64,000 nucleotides of DNA from assembly GCA_964611655.1 (NCBI GenBank), contig CAZTAY010000001.1, positions 3,847 to 67,846 on the forward strand, written 5' to 3'. The first letter of the stretch is position 1, and each line of letters begins with the position of its first letter. The notes below the pieces were generated by a model. The model did not search any database. It had not been told where the DNA came from and saw only the letters and a program-made list of their open reading frames with translations. This DNA is from an uncultured Eubacteriales bacterium. Lineage in GTDB: Bacteria > Bacillota > Clostridia > Lachnospirales > CAZTAY01. Shown piece by piece: positions 63,996 through 64,000 of the stretch. Both the position numbers and the translations under genes were made by a program.

Positions 63996-64000
63996 ACTCT

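Noticed and set aside
1-64000. CRISPR arrays, rRNA or tRNA genes, transposases, intact integrases, prophage structural genes
   Set aside because: Reading all intergenic regions over 100 nt on both strands showed no regularly spaced repeats and no cloverleaf-like or rRNA-like GC-rich segments. No ORF carries transposase or integrase catalytic motifs.

Overview
This 64-kb window looks like chromosome from a low-GC, spore-forming Firmicute, probably class Clostridia. All protein calls rest on reading the ORF-track translations for family motifs and on gene order, because I could not run any database search. Coding density is high and most genes are housekeeping.

Gene content in window order:
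- A partial SH3b/NlpC-P60 wall hydrolase, then nadE, purH, a MocR-type regulator and a lone GHKL ATPase.
- rnfCDGEAB, followed by a class A PBP.
- On the minus strand, the morphogenesis block mreB-mreC-mreD-PBP2-minCDE-rodA-mgsA.
- spoIVB and cheV, then three secreted wall-associated proteins (M15 peptidase, copper-amine-oxidase-N-domain protein, SpoIID/LytB lipoprotein).
- A small XRE/GNAT accessory patch.
- rpmG-secE-nusG-rplKAJL, which here is not linked to rpoBC or tuf.
- A second accessory patch: an unknown membrane protein, a SLOG/DUF1273 protein, an XRE regulator and rfbAB.
- nadD-yqeK-rsfS, then yqfC-yqfD-phoH-pgpH-ybeY-dgkA.
- purE, a dipeptidase, tyrS, pyc-asnA and mtnN.
- cdaA-cdaR-glmM-glmS.

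I found no rRNA, tRNA, CRISPR array, transposase or intact integrase. rpmG (49 aa, TTG start) is missing from the ORF track.

No clearly novel multi-gene system stands out. The observations most worth a second look are:
- An approximately 325-nt structured leader of unknown class in front of rnfC.
- A duplicated 22-nt hairpin bracketing a 120-nt noncoding stretch between spoIVB and mreB.
- The SLOG / membrane protein / XRE island.
- An XRE cluster with a truncated paralogue and palindromic operators.
- L1-binding mRNA mimics upstream of both rplK and rplA.
- A glmS gene with no room for its ribozyme.
- A 67-bp nested palindrome upstream of pyc.
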